The position numbers were made by a program, and so were the translations under genes. Positions 41,386 through 52,617 of a stretch of DNA of 64,000 nt are shown here, piece by piece. The notes beneath the pieces were generated by a model. The model had not been told where the DNA came from and did no database searches. It saw nothing but the letters and a program-made list of their open reading frames with translations. Within the stretch, counting starts at the first letter, position 1. The number at the start of each line of letters is the position of its first letter. This DNA is from an uncultured bacterium (GTDB lineage Bacteria; Zhuqueibacterota; QNDG01; DTFT01), in contig CAVTNR010000005.1 of the NCBI GenBank assembly GCA_963736115.1, positions 69,419-133,418 on the forward strand, read 5' to 3'.

Positions 41386-43850
41386 TTACCGTATCAGCGT
41401 GATTTTCCCGTGATGGACGCGATCCCCCGCCCGCAGACGCACCAGGTAAACCCCGCTCGGCGCGGGAGCGCCCTGCGCCGTCCGTCCGTCCCAGGCGGCT
41501 GTGTGCCGTCCGGGCTCAACCATGCCGTCCGTCAGGGTTTTCACCCGTCTCCCGGAAAGGTCGACGATGTCGATACGGACGGCCGACCGTTCCGCGACGT
41601 CGAACGGAATAACGGTTCCCGGATTGAACGGATTGGGATAATTCCGGCCCAGGCCGAAGGAAACGGGCCCTCCGGATGCGTCCGGCCGGTCCACCGCGTC
41701 CGGAACGGAGGCGAGCGTGAGGTCTCCCAGCGTGGCCGCGTTTTCGCGCAGCAACCCCTGCGGCCATTCTCCCGCGTACCCGTAATGGGTCGGATAGAAA
41801 GCGCCGGGATCGTCCACCCATATCCCGAAACCGATAATCTGCCCCGGCGACGCTTTCAGGGGACCCGCATGAAGATCGAGCGCGATTTCGGTCATCACGC
41901 CGGTTTCATTCAAAACCATGGCGCTCTCCACTGCCGCCGGGCCTGAGGATTGGCGCATCCGCTCCCAATCCGTTCGGATAGGTTCCCCAGAATCCGGTGA
42001 ACCCGGTCAATGCCGGCATGATGGTGATCAGGCCATCTCCACCCGGGGATGCGGCATCCCATGAGCCGTCATTGGATGTGTCGAATAAAATGTTGACCAT
42101 GTTGTTCGCATCGACCAAGGCATCCTGATAGGTAAAAAGTCCGATGTAGATAAAATCCGCATTGTTCAAGACGGACAGTGTGACCCAACCCGGGACACTT
42201 CCCGATCGTCGATAAAAATCATCTCCGCATCGTTCCATTCGCAGTGCCGGAATGCCGTCGATAGTGATCGCCGTTCCGGCCCAGGCCGATAGAAGCTCCT
42301 GTGGACCGGCCTGGGGTCTGGCGTGGACCACGTCAGAAGGCGGACCCATGACCCCGGACGCCTCGGCCGTAACCGTGTAATAGTAATCGCGTCCGTTTTC
42401 GAGCCCCGTATCGAGCCAGTCGCGGAACAGCCCGCCAAAAGCGCCACGGTCGGTCAGATTGACGGTTGTCAACAGGCTGAACGGTCCCGTCGGAGAGAGG
42501 CTCCTGGAGATGTGATACCGGTTGATCGCTGTCTGCCCATAGACGATGTCCCAGGTCAGGGGAACCATGCCGTCGAAACCGCTGGCGGCGTAAGGGTTCA
42601 GGGGCTTCCACGACTGAAGGCAGCAGCGATCCGTTCCAGGTTCCGTAGATGTCCTCATTCCCGTTCCGGTCGTCGGTCCAGACGAAAAGCGCGATGCCCC
42701 GGCCGTCAATGGCCAACTGGCCATACCGCTGAGACGCCCGCGGCGTCGTTGATCCGGACGCTGGCGCCGGACGCGTCTCCGCCCGCGGTCAGCAGTCGAA
42801 CCCGGATGTCATTCGTCCCTTCGCGGTCGGTTTCCCATGCCACGCCCCATCCGCCCGCGGATTCGACGGCCGCGTGCGGATGGCTGTGGTTGTGCCCGCC
42901 TTCGGTTTCATTCACCACGAACAGGTCCTTGCGCACGGCGCCGGTCGGCGTCGAACAGGCGGCCGAAGACATTCGTGCCGCCGGCTCCTGAAATGAACTG
43001 CCAGCAGACGAGAAAATCACCGTTCTCCGCGCCCGCGACGGCCGGACGGGTCGCGGCCGTCTCCTGGCCGGGATGGGTGCTGACTTCCACATTGCTCCCG
43101 GAAGGATTGCCTTCAGCATCGTACCCGTTGCAGATAGATGTCGTCCACGCCGGCAATCCGGCTATCCCGCCAGACAACGACACTCCTGCCGTCATCGAAC
43201 AGAAACACGTCCGAGCTGCCGCGCGAATAGGCCCCGCCGGAGTTGACCTGGACATTCCCCCCGACCGGCGCTCCATCGGCCGTATAACGCTGCAGATAGA
43301 TGGCGGGATCATCCGAACGCATGTCCGTCCACGTCACTGTCGAAATTGCCCGTGATGTCCATGGCCACGGCAGGCGTCATCTGGTCGTTCGTGGCGACGC
43401 TCGTTCACCCGGAAGGACGGACCTTTCGGCGCGCCATTGGCGTAGAACATCCGGGCCCTGATATCAAAACCTTCTCTCGAGTCGCTCCAGACCGCGACAA
43501 AATGCCCCCGGTCGTTCACCGCGACGTCCACCTCGGTACTGATATCCGGTCCCCTCGAATGCGTCGATGGCAAAATTGCCGAGGACTGCGTTTCCCTTTT
43601 CGTTCAGGATCTGGCCGTATACCCGGACAACGTCACCCGCATCACGGCTTTCCCATACCACGACCGCGTATCCATACCGGTTCATTGCAACGGCCGGTTC
43701 GTACTGATTCGTCGTTCCCGCATCGGTGTTGATTCTTGCGTCGAGCCGCGCGGTTTTCGCCTGGACGGCCGGGATTCCGGAGAAAAGAGCCGCGATCACG
43801 CAGAGAATGTCGATGCAGGACGCTGCCGGTTCGGTGTTTTGACTTGCCAT
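41386..43850 (-). pseudogene. large secreted repeat/FN3/sugar-binding-like protein with C-terminal FlgD-Ig domain, multiply frameshifted
   Basis: Fragments with AVVWES, VAVWSD, VVVWRD repeats, DTGLENGRDYYYTVTA, and NYPNPFN...PSGVYLVRL; at least 6 frame changes. Could be assembly error. Confidence 0.7.
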
Positions 43851-43912
43851 GAGAGCCTTCCTTTCCGGAATCAGGCTTTCTGCATCTCCTCCGGGCGTCC
43901 GATGGCCCGCCG

Positions 43913-44344
43913 TCAGTGGTTCTTCGGATCGCCCTGCACGTCCTCGCCCTGTATCCGCTTGCCCACGACATAGGTGGTGTACGCCAGTGAAAGTCCGAAC
44001 AGGGTGATGACGGACGGTCCGTCGATGCTGCCCGCGAGGGTCAGAACGCAGACGACGGTCAGCGCGACAACCGGGACGGCCGTCTGGAAGACGAACGACT
44101 TGAACACCTCGGTCGTCCTGGACGACACCGTGATCGAGTCGATGATCTCGAGGATATACAGCAGAACGATGGCGGCCAGCGGGACGAACGTTTTCCAGCT
44201 TACCTGGATGTAGAAATAAAAGAACCGGACCATCCAGTACACCAGCAGGCCCAGCAGGATGATTCTGCGGATGTTGAACGGCTGAATCAGCCGGCTCCAG
44301 GCATTGAGCTCCTTCCCGCTCTCTTTCGGATTTCGAATGGCCAT
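43913..44344 (-). CDS. hypothetical membrane protein
   Basis: Four hydrophobic segments; GGGAGG SD. Confidence 0.7.
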   Translation of the reverse strand: MAIRNPKESGKELNAWSRLIQPFNIRRIILLGLLVYWMVRFFYFYIQVSWKTFVPLAAIVLLYILEIIDSITVSSRTTEVFKSFVFQTAVPVVALTVVCVLTLAGSIDGPSVITLFGLSLAYTTYVVGKRIQGEDVQGDPKNH

Positions 44345-44463
44345 CGTCTTCCCTCCCTGTTTTCGATTCTGGTTGTTCCGGCCTCAAGCGGCCGATTTCT
44401 CAGGACTTTCCGTGCCGGTATGACTCTTCACGACCCAACTCGTCACACGCCGCGGATTTGATT

Positions 44464-44811
44464 TCATCCGTGATGAGATCGAATCCAGGCTTTCGCCTTC
44501 TCCGGATCCTGGAAAATCTGGGTATCGGACGCTTTCGTGAAATTGATGTAAATCTTGGCCAGCGTGCCCATGAAATCGTCGCGCACGAGAATGGCGCTGG
44601 CTTTACCGGTGCTGTTCTGCTGACGGCGTTCTTCAATCCGTTTCTTGTCCGTGGCCGTGGAAGTGGTCATTCGACGTACATCGGTGATGTAACCGTCGTA
44701 CTCGTCAAGGCGTGAAAGCCATTTATCCGTCTCCCGTATGAATTCGCCCGCGAACAGCGGGCCGTCCACGATCATCCAGACGACCCTGTCTTCAAGTTTG
44801 GACGTGATCAT
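44464..44811 (-). CDS. STAS/SpoIIAA-like hypothetical protein
   Basis: ITDVRRM...SAILV...IFQDPEKAKAWI; GGAGGGAG SD. Confidence 0.65.
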   Translation of the reverse strand: MITSKLEDRVVWMIVDGPLFAGEFIRETDKWLSRLDEYDGYITDVRRMTTSTATDKKRIEERRQQNSTGKASAILVRDDFMGTLAKIYINFTKASDTQIFQDPEKAKAWIRSHHG

Positions 44812-45087
44812 GCTCCCTCCCCGATGATGTCACGGATTGAATAACCGGCAAAATCGCCGGAAACGTGTCCCGCCAGACATGGTTTCCACCTTCCATTGCC
44901 GCCCATAGGGTATGATAAAATGAGTGGAATATTGATTAAAAAGTATACACAATAAAACCAAAAATAACAAGAAAAATCATCCCTGCTGACGCGTAAGAGT
45001 CGCAGCTGTTTCTTTGATAAAAGCGAAGGCTGAGGCTCTCCACCAGGCTCAGGACTGGGTATAATCAATAAAAAAAAACAAAAATCC

Positions 45088-45116
45088 TTGACATCGGATG
45101 ATTTCCGCCTTATATT
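45088..45116 (+). promoter_or_regulatory. sigma70 promoter of marR-hgcAB
   Basis: TTGACA-17 nt-TATATT with an A-tract upstream; ATG only 9 nt downstream. Confidence 0.8.
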
Positions 45117-45125
45117 TGTTGTATT

Positions 45126-45627
45126 ATGAAACCATTGCAGAAACCAACAATCGATCCCCGGGTCCGGCGGTTCCGGTCGGCCCTGCGCGTATTCGAAAGC
45201 CTCCTCGACCTTACCGCACGGCGCGAGGAATACTGCTGCGGCGTCACCCTCGCCCAGTGCCACGCCCTGCTCGCCCTGTCCGAGGACAGAAACCGTCTCC
45301 CTCAAGGATCTCACCGGAAAGCTCAAGCTGGATAAAAGCACGCTGAGCCGCACCGTGGACTCCCTCGTCGAAAGCGGCCTGGCGGACCGGAAAACCGGGC
45401 CTGGGGACCGGCGGATCTGCTGCATCTCCCTCACAACACGGGGCCTCGCGACCGTCAACCGGATCAACGGCACGTGGGACCGGTTCGCGGCCGCCCTTCT
45501 GGAGCGCGTGCCGGAATCCAGACGCGACGCCGCCCTGGATGGCCTGGAAATCCTGGCCAAAGCCTTCCTCGAAACCGCCGGCGCGGTTCAGCCCTCTTCT
45601 TCCTGCTGCGTGGAGTGCAAGAAATGA
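45126..45627 (+). CDS. Cys-rich MarR family regulator, frameshift near 45290
   Basis: YCCGVTLAQCHAL, then SLKDLTGKLKLDKSTLSRTVDSLVESGL..R...DRR...LTTRG; C-terminus SSCCVECKK. Confidence 0.85.
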
Positions 45628-46676
45628 CGGAAAAATCATGTTGTTGTTCAGGTTCCGAAGGCCGTCGCGCCTTCCCCGAATGGCCCGCCGGAATGCCGGC
45701 GGACCGGACTGTCCGTCAGGTAACCGGCGGCCTTCCCTGGCGCGACCGGCTCGGCATCTGGGCGGCCCGCTGGGGCATCGGCCGCATGCGGTACCGTGTG
45801 GAGCCCGGACTCTACAAGCTGGGCGAAGCGGCTGCCGCCTCTCCCGTGCTCGTCACCGCCAATTACCGCATGACCTTCGCCCGCCTGCTCAAGGAGCTTC
45901 CCGGGAGAAACGCGTGGATTCTCGTTCTGGACACCAAAGGGATCAACGTCTGGTGCGCGGCAGGAAAAGGGACCTTCGGCACGGACGAGCTGACGAATCG
46001 GATCGCATTGACCGGTCTCGCATCCGTCGTGACGCACAAAACACTCGTCCTGCCCCAGCTCGGCGCCCCGGGCGTCGCGGCCCACGAGGTGCGGAAACGC
46101 ACCGGGTTCAAGGTTGAGTACGGCCCGGTTCAGGCCAGGGACCTCCCCCGTTTTCTGGACAACGGCATGAACGCCACGGACGATATGCGCCGGGTCCGCT
46201 TCCCGATGCGGGACAGGCTGGCCCTGACCCCCATGGAAATCATCCCCGGCATGAAACTCGCCCCGGCTGTCGTCGCGCTGGTCATTCTGTTCCGTTGGAT
46301 CGAGGGTTCGCCCTGGAACGCCGGGCTGGGACGCGAATTGATCGCTTATTTCGGGGCCATATTCACGGGCGCGTTCGCGTTCCAGGTTTTCCTGCCGTGG
46401 ATCCCATTCCGCTCCTTCGCCCTGAAAGGCTGGCTTCTCGGGCTGGTCTGGGCCGGCACCATGGTGCTTTGGATTCGGCCGCCGGGTTGGGCCGCCGCTT
46501 CCCACCTTCTGATCCTTCCGGCCCTGGCGTCGTTCATCGCGCTGAACTTCACGGGTGCGACGACCTTCACGTCCCTGTCCGGGGTGGTCAAGGAGATGCG
46601 CGTCGCGGTTCCGGCCATGATCACGTCCGCCGTCCTGGGAATTCTCATTCGCGTGGTTCCGCGGTTCATCGTCTGA
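45624..46676 (+). CDS. hgcA: mercury methylation corrinoid protein HgcA
   Basis: VEPGLY, PVLVTANY, cap-helix GINVWCAAGKGTFG, LPQLGAPGV, C-terminal TM domain with NFTGATTFTSLSGVVKEM. Confidence 0.96.
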   Translation: MTEKSCCCSGSEGRRAFPEWPAGMPADRTVRQVTGGLPWRDRLGIWAARWGIGRMRYRVEPGLYKLGEAAAASPVLVTANYRMTFARLLKELPGRNAWILVLDTKGINVWCAAGKGTFGTDELTNRIALTGLASVVTHKTLVLPQLGAPGVAAHEVRKRTGFKVEYGPVQARDLPRFLDNGMNATDDMRRVRFPMRDRLALTPMEIIPGMKLAPAVVALVILFRWIEGSPWNAGLGRELIAYFGAIFTGAFAFQVFLPWIPFRSFALKGWLLGLVWAGTMVLWIRPPGWAAASHLLILPALASFIALNFTGATTFTSLSGVVKEMRVAVPAMITSAVLGILIRVVPRFIV

Positions 46677-46689
46677 GAGGAGATTTCAG

Positions 46690-47001
46690 ATGGAAATGAA
46701 ATACATGAAGGGCGTGTCGACCCTGAAGCTCGACGCCTCGCGCTGCACCGGATGCGGCATGTGCATCGAAGTCTGCCCGCACGCGGTGTTCCGCATGGAA
46801 AGCCGCAAGTCCGTCATTACCGATCGGGACGCTTGCATGGAATGCGGGGCCTGCTCGAGGAATTGTCCGGCAAGCGCGATTTCCGTGAGGGCGGGAGTGG
46901 GTTGCGCCGCTGCCATCATCGTTGGCGCGATCAAAGGGACGGATCCATCGTGCGGGTGCGGCTCCGAGGGCGGCGGCGGGAAAAAAGTGAAGTGCTGTTA
47001 A
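46690..47001 (+). CDS. hgcB: mercury methylation ferredoxin HgcB
   Basis: CTGCGMCIEVCPH, CMECGACSRNCP, GVGCAAA, C-terminal CC. Confidence 0.95.
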   Translation: MEMKYMKGVSTLKLDASRCTGCGMCIEVCPHAVFRMESRKSVITDRDACMECGACSRNCPASAISVRAGVGCAAAIIVGAIKGTDPSCGCGSEGGGGKKVKCC

Positions 47002-47046
47002 ACCCCGAACATGAAACTTCCGAACCCGGGGCCGCAGGTCGTACGA

Positions 47047-48540
47047 TCAACCCCGGGTTCGGGAACTCAGAACATCCAGAAATTTCTCATACCCCCCATC
47101 CCACAAAGCCTTGTCTTCCGGTTCAACCTTTTCGATGTCGAAGGAATTCCGTACCACCCGGCGCAGTCCGGCGAGTGAATCGATCAGCCCCAGGCCGGCG
47201 GCCTGGATGAGCAGGTTCCCGATAGACGCAGCCTCAGAAGGCCCGACGAACACGGGCAGGCCCGCGGCTGAAGCCGTGTAACGGTTGAGAACCCGGTTCC
47301 TCGCGCCCCCGCCCACCACGTGAATTCTCCGTATCGACCGGCCTGTGATGCGCCCCATCCCCTCCAGAACAGCGCGGTATTTCAGCGCGAGGCTCGACAG
47401 CACCGCGGTCACAGTTTCCGGAATCGTCGACGGTTCGGCCTGACCTGTGCGCCGGCAGTATCCGGCAACCGCCTCCGCCATGTCCGGCGGATTGAAGAAA
47501 ACGGGATCGTCCGGATCGATCAGAGACCGGAAATCCGGCTTGTCCGCCGCCAGACCCGCGAACCGCTCATGATCCATCCCGGACGCTCCGGAAAGCGTTT
47601 CCCGCAGGCGCTGAAGTATCCAGAGACCGGTCACGTTTTTCAGCGTGCGCACCGTTCCCATGACGCCGGCCTCGTTGGACAGATTGAACGCGAAGGCCTC
47701 GTCGGTCACCACGGGCTGCAGGCCCTCGACGCCGACCAGGGACCAGGTTCCGGAGCTGATGAACGCCCAGTCCTCCCCATCGGCCGGAACCGCGGCAACG
47801 GCCGAAGCCGTGTCGTGACAGCCGACCGCGACCACGCGGCAGTCCGCGAGTCCGGTCCTCCGGCTGAGTTCGGGCAGTAAACCGCCAAGCGCCGTGCCGG
47901 GCGTCACCAGGGGCTGGAGCAGGCGCTCCGGAATGCCGAGACTCCGGACGATTTCCGCGTCCCATTCCCGCGTGCGGCAATTCAGCATTTGTGACGTGGA
48001 GGCGATGGTCTTCTCCGAGACCCGGGATCCGGAAACCAGATAATTGAATAAATCAGGCAGGAACAGAAGCGCTTCCGCGTCTTCCAGTGCACGGCGGTCC
48101 TCCCGGACCAGCGCAGCCAGCTGGAAGAGGGTGTTCAATTCAAGAATTTGAACACCCGTCAGTTCGTACAACCGTCGTCCGGGGAACGTTTGACAGAACG
48201 CATCCGGAATCCCCTTCGTGCGCGGATCCCGGTAGGAAACGGGCAATCCGGCCAACCCGCCGTCCTTCGAGAGCAGGCCGAAATCGACGCCCCAGGCGTC
48301 GAAACCCACGCTCCGAATCTTCCCGCCGAACAGGCCGGCGCATTCCTTCATCCCGTCGATTATTTCCTCGTAGAAACGGTAGATGTTCCACCGAAGCCGG
48401 TTGAAAACAAACAAACTTCCAGTGGGAAATCGGCGGATCAGCCGCGTTTCCAGACGCTCGCTTTCCGTATCCAGGCGGCCGGCCGAAACACGGCCGCTCT
48501 CCGCGCCGAGGTCCGCGGCGATGAATGCATGCAGGGTCAT
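47047..48540 (-). CDS. rhaB: rhamnulokinase family (FGGY) sugar kinase
   Basis: DLGAESGR, DAWGVDF, YRDPRT, HDTASAV, SSGTWSL, VGGGARN, GPSEA. Confidence 0.88.
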   Translation of the reverse strand: MTLHAFIAADLGAESGRVSAGRLDTESERLETRLIRRFPTGSLFVFNRLRWNIYRFYEEIIDGMKECAGLFGGKIRSVGFDAWGVDFGLLSKDGGLAGLPVSYRDPRTKGIPDAFCQTFPGRRLYELTGVQILELNTLFQLAALVREDRRALEDAEALLFLPDLFNYLVSGSRVSEKTIASTSQMLNCRTREWDAEIVRSLGIPERLLQPLVTPGTALGGLLPELSRRTGLADCRVVAVGCHDTASAVAAVPADGEDWAFISSGTWSLVGVEGLQPVVTDEAFAFNLSNEAGVMGTVRTLKNVTGLWILQRLRETLSGASGMDHERFAGLAADKPDFRSLIDPDDPVFFNPPDMAEAVAGYCRRTGQAEPSTIPETVTAVLSSLALKYRAVLEGMGRITGRSIRRIHVVGGGARNRVLNRYTASAAGLPVFVGPSEAASIGNLLIQAAGLGLIDSLAGLRRVVRNSFDIEKVEPEDKALWDGGYEKFLDVLSSRTRG

Positions 48541-48716
48541 TCCGAACATCCGTTTTGGAAATGAGGGATCCGGATGACGCATTTTAGGCATTCGAGGGTC
48601 GAAAGTCAACGGCTTTCTGGCCGGCGGCTGTTGTTTTCCCGTTTGACTTTGAAAGCGGTTTTCCGTAATTTCATGGCGAACCGTCTCGCATGCGCGTTCT
48701 CAACCGGGGATCCCAG

Positions 48717-50094
48717 ATGCCGATACTTCTGACCATCGACCTGATACTGCTGTTCGCTTCCTTCATCGTTTCGGCATCGTTCAATTTCATCGTGCTCGGT
48801 GTCGCGTCCGACGAAGGCCGCTAAACCGGTCCTTCGTGGCCTTCAACACATCCATTCTCGTCTGGATTTTCTGCGCCCTCATGCTCCGATTGTCCCTCCT
48901 GATTGGTCCGCGGTTCCCTGAAATCGGCCTGCTGCAGTTACCCGGAACCTGGATCAACATTACCAGCGTCCCGCTCGGGCTGATGTGCGTTTTCTCGCTT
49001 GAACTGACAGTGCGTTTCCTGGACCGCCGGACCCGGGCCTCACGCTCGGCATATGCGGCCGGCCTTCTGCTGAACGCAGGCGTGCTGGTTCTCGCGCTGA
49101 ATCAACGGCTGATCTCCTCGCCGCAGATCAACGCGACGGCCATTTCATTCGGGAACTGGGATTTTTCGGATGGTTGGGTTCAGCTGTGGGATCGCTTTAC
49201 ATGGCATCGTCCCTGGCGCTTTTCGGCAGGGACGCCGCCGCCACAGGAGTGGATTCTCCCGTCGCCATTGGAATCTTATGGGCGGGATTTCTGACTTCCA
49301 CGCTGTTCCAGAGGCCCACGCTCAGCATGCCCCTCACCAACATGCTCAGCGTTCTGATCCTGGGTTACAGTGTACTCAACCGTCAACTCTTCAATCCCCT
49401 GAAGGAGCACAATCTCCTCCTGCAGAAGGAGATCCGGTCGCGCATCCGCACCGAAGAATCGCTCAAGACGTCCCTGCAGGAAAAGGAACTCCTGCTCAAG
49501 GAAGTCAATCACAGGGTCAAGAACAACCTGCAGGTTGTGTCGAGCCTGCTCAGTCTCCAGATCAGCCGCGTCAAGGACCCGGCCACAGCCGCGGCGCTGC
49601 ATGAAAGCCAGGCCCGCATCCGGGCCATGAGCCTGGTCCACGAGATGCTCTACAAGACGCGCGACTTCAACCGGACCAATTTCGCGGAATACACGAAAGC
49701 CCTGGTTCAGGACCTGATGCGCTCCTACGGGGCGCAGGACGGACGCATCCGCTGCGAGATCGGCATCCGGAACATCGCGCTGCCCATCCACAAAGCCATT
49801 CCCTGCGGGCTCGTGGTCAACGAGCTGGTCTCGAATTCGCTGAAATACGCGTTCCCTCAATCCTTCACGGGAAAGCCGCTCATCGCGATCCGTATGCGGA
49901 GGCTCGCTTCCGGCAGAACCGTGCTGACCGTCCGGGACAACGGCATCGGTCTTCCCGGCGGATTCGACGCCCGCGGCCGGGAAGACACGCTCGGCATGCG
50001 GCTGGTGACGCTCCTGGTCGAAGATCAGCTCAAGGGAAAACTGACCGTCGAAAAGGCCAAAGGCGCCTCGTTCTGCATTATGTTCCCGCCCTGA
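48717..50094 (+). CDS. membrane sensor histidine kinase (HisKA_2 type), frameshifts near 48815 and 49175
   Basis: Multi-TM N-terminus; EKELLLKEVNHRVKNNLQ, NELVSNSLKYAF, DNGIG, LGMRLV. Confidence 0.85.
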
Positions 50095-50166
50095 CGCGGT
50101 GACCGGCCGGAACGCACGGCGTGCGATTCCGGGTCGGACACCGATCATTAAACAAGGAGTAATCGG

Positions 50167-50847
50167 ATGCCGGAAAACAAAGGCCGGAAAGCCTGTCGGG
50201 AAATCATCGAGGTGGGAAGGCGGATGTGGATCAAGGGATGGATCGCCTCCAACGACGGGAACATTTCAGTCCGTCTGGAGGACGGGGGATTTCTCGCCAC
50301 GGCTACTGGCGTATGCAAGGGATTTCTGACTCCGGCCATGCTCGTGCGCCTGGACCGCAACGGCCGGCCGGCTCCGGGCCGTGTCCGTCATCGTCCCTCC
50401 AGCGAGATCCGGATGCACCTGGAAGTGTACCGCCGCAGGCCGGACATCGGCGCCGTGGTGCACGCGCATCCGCCATATGCCACGGCCTTCGCCGTGGCCG
50501 GAATTCCGTTGGATCAAAACATTCTCCCTGAAGCGGTTCTGACATTGGGGGCCGTGGAAGTGGCCCCGTACGGAACGCCTTCCACGGACGAGATCCCGAA
50601 CGCCATCGCCCCCCTGATCGAGCGCTCGGACGTCGTGCTCCTGGCCAACCACGGCGCGCTGTCATTCGGCGCGGACCTGCTCACCGCCTACTACCGCATG
50701 GAAACGCTGGAGCACACGGCAACCATCACGCATCTGGCCATGGGCCTCGGACGCGTCAGAACCATCCCGAAGGCGCAGGTGAAGAAACTCATGGTATTAA
50801 GGGAAAAACTGGGGATTCAGGGGAGGGTGAGGATTAAGAGTTCGTAG
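50167..50847 (+). CDS. class II aldolase/adducin family protein (FucA-like)
   Basis: DGNISVR, PSSEIRMH, VHAHPPYAT, LANHG. Confidence 0.92.
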   Translation: MPENKGRKACREIIEVGRRMWIKGWIASNDGNISVRLEDGGFLATATGVCKGFLTPAMLVRLDRNGRPAPGRVRHRPSSEIRMHLEVYRRRPDIGAVVHAHPPYATAFAVAGIPLDQNILPEAVLTLGAVEVAPYGTPSTDEIPNAIAPLIERSDVVLLANHGALSFGADLLTAYYRMETLEHTATITHLAMGLGRVRTIPKAQVKKLMVLREKLGIQGRVRIKSS

Positions 50848-50944
50848 TTCATGGTTCATGGTTCATAGTTCATAAAAAAACGGCATACTTCCATATAAAA
50901 GTGCGCCGTTTTTCATTTTTTCTATGAACCATGAACTATGAACT
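50839..50944. repeat. GTTCATR inverted-array element, copy E
   Basis: Left arm 50839-50873 supplies the aldolase TAG; ~48-nt spacer contains an AAAAACGGC...GCCGTTTTT stem; right arm 50922-50944. Confidence 0.9.
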
Positions 50945-50952
50945 TTTTTCCA

Positions 50953-52593
50953 TTATCTGCTTCCCTGCACTTTAAAAAACGTCCCCTCCGTCCAATCCGC
51001 CTCCCTCCCCGCCTCGAACCACCGCATGGCCGGAATGCGCTGCACGGGCGGCCCGTTTCCGGCGTCCGGCCCGATGGCCGGCCAGGTGTATTCAACAGGC
51101 AGAAAATCCGGTCTGTAACGGTAAAAGTACGAGACCGTCACGAGTCCGGTTTCGGCCGGATCCAACTCGGCGTCGCGTGATTCTTTATGCGGACGCGGCC
51201 GCCGCTTCGAATCACGGCCGAATGTATCCCGGAACGGCTTGCACGAATCATAGCGCACGCGCGCGCTTCTGGCCGGCGTGCTGATATTCCCGAACACAAT
51301 GGATTGAGGCGCCCGGTAAAGCCTCAGCAGACCTTTCCCGCTGGATCCGTCGTATACCCAGTTCCGCAAAAACGTGTTGTAGGGCCCGTTCGCGCCATGC
51401 GAATTGTCGGCATACACGAATTCGACGACATTCTGCTCGAACAGGTTCGCGTAAGGGTACCGGCCGTGCAGGCACAAATCCGCGCCCTGGAACAGATTCG
51501 GCAGTCCGTGATAGGTCCAGGCCTGACCGCGGGAGTAATTGAAAGCGAATACGTTTCCGTTCACGCCCTCGCACACGGCCATGGCATGCCGCAGACGATC
51601 AAAGGCGTTGTTCTGGATCAGGCACCGGGATGTGCAGACCTCCAGCAGAACACCGTATCCGTATGAGTTCTCATCCCGGCTGACGGCCTCGGCAAAGGAA
51701 CTCCCCTCGATGAGCAGGTGGCCGCTCCGGTTCGCGCAGACGTGGTGCCGGCAGGTGTTTCGGCTCGCCACGCCGCGGATCCAGCAGTTGACCGCGACGT
51801 CGAAAAAGAAATTGTCCCCGGAATCATAGGCGTTCTGAGAGGAAGGCTCGGTGTCCAGACGCCGGAGCGTGAACCCCTCGAAACCGACGTTTTGGACCGG
51901 GTCCATTTTCCGGATCCAGAGTCCGTGAACGGCCCGGTAGGTCTTGTTCGCCTCGGTTTCGAGCGACCCTTCGCGGCCCGAGATCTCCCGGATGCGGGTG
52001 ATCTCCCCCACGTTCTCCGGATCCGCTTCCGGAAAACCGGATTCGCAGAGCCGGACCCAGTCGCCCGTACTGAAGCGGTCCGACAGTCCGGTGGCCGTGA
52101 TCCGCCGCGTCCGTTTCGGCATGTCCGCTTCAAGGGACAGCTGGACGCCTGTTTCCGCGCCCCTCACATCGAAGCAGTTCCCGTCCCGGCCGATACCGAA
52201 ATCGAGGAAGGTGGAATCCGCACCCGCGCCCATGAATATCACGCCGTTCCCGGCCGTTTCTCGGGTGAGAACCACGCCTTTCTCGAAACGGTAAACGCCG
52301 GAGGGAAACAGGATGACCGGAAGGCCCTTCACTTTCCGGGCCTTGGCAAGCGCGGACGAGAGCTTCTCATCCCATGTCCCGCCGGTTTCGGCCGTGATGT
52401 CAAAAACGGCTTTTGCCCGATTGGGTGTGCCGGCCAGGAGGCCGGCGCCTGTCCAGTCCGTGAGTGCCTCGGCCGGAACAGCGGCCGGGTCCGTTTCAAG
52501 ATTCCCGTGCGGAGTCTGGCCGGATAAGGGTTGAATCGGATGCAGGCAAAAAAGAGAGAAACAGACGAGGACGGCTTTTACAGACAATGCCAT
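50953..52593 (-). CDS. secreted right-handed parallel beta-helix (pectate-lyase-like) protein
   Basis: Signal peptide; ILFPSGVY, GAGADST, NCWIRGV, GYGV, QNNAF, NVFAFN, NLFEQN. Confidence 0.75.
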   Translation of the reverse strand: MALSVKAVLVCFSLFCLHPIQPLSGQTPHGNLETDPAAVPAEALTDWTGAGLLAGTPNRAKAVFDITAETGGTWDEKLSSALAKARKVKGLPVILFPSGVYRFEKGVVLTRETAGNGVIFMGAGADSTFLDFGIGRDGNCFDVRGAETGVQLSLEADMPKRTRRITATGLSDRFSTGDWVRLCESGFPEADPENVGEITRIREISGREGSLETEANKTYRAVHGLWIRKMDPVQNVGFEGFTLRRLDTEPSSQNAYDSGDNFFFDVAVNCWIRGVASRNTCRHHVCANRSGHLLIEGSSFAEAVSRDENSYGYGVLLEVCTSRCLIQNNAFDRLRHAMAVCEGVNGNVFAFNYSRGQAWTYHGLPNLFQGADLCLHGRYPYANLFEQNVVEFVYADNSHGANGPYNTFLRNWVYDGSSGKGLLRLYRAPQSIVFGNISTPARSARVRYDSCKPFRDTFGRDSKRRPRPHKESRDAELDPAETGLVTVSYFYRYRPDFLPVEYTWPAIGPDAGNGPPVQRIPAMRWFEAGREADWTEGTFFKVQGSR

Positions 52594-52617
52594 GGCCGGC
52601 TCCTTCCCCGGAAGAAA

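Noticed and set aside
47020-47062. CCGAACCCGGGG/CCCCGGGTTCGG hairpin at the hgcB-rhaB junction
   Set aside because: Probably an ordinary convergent-gene hairpin; it lacks a U-tract and clear heptamer arms.
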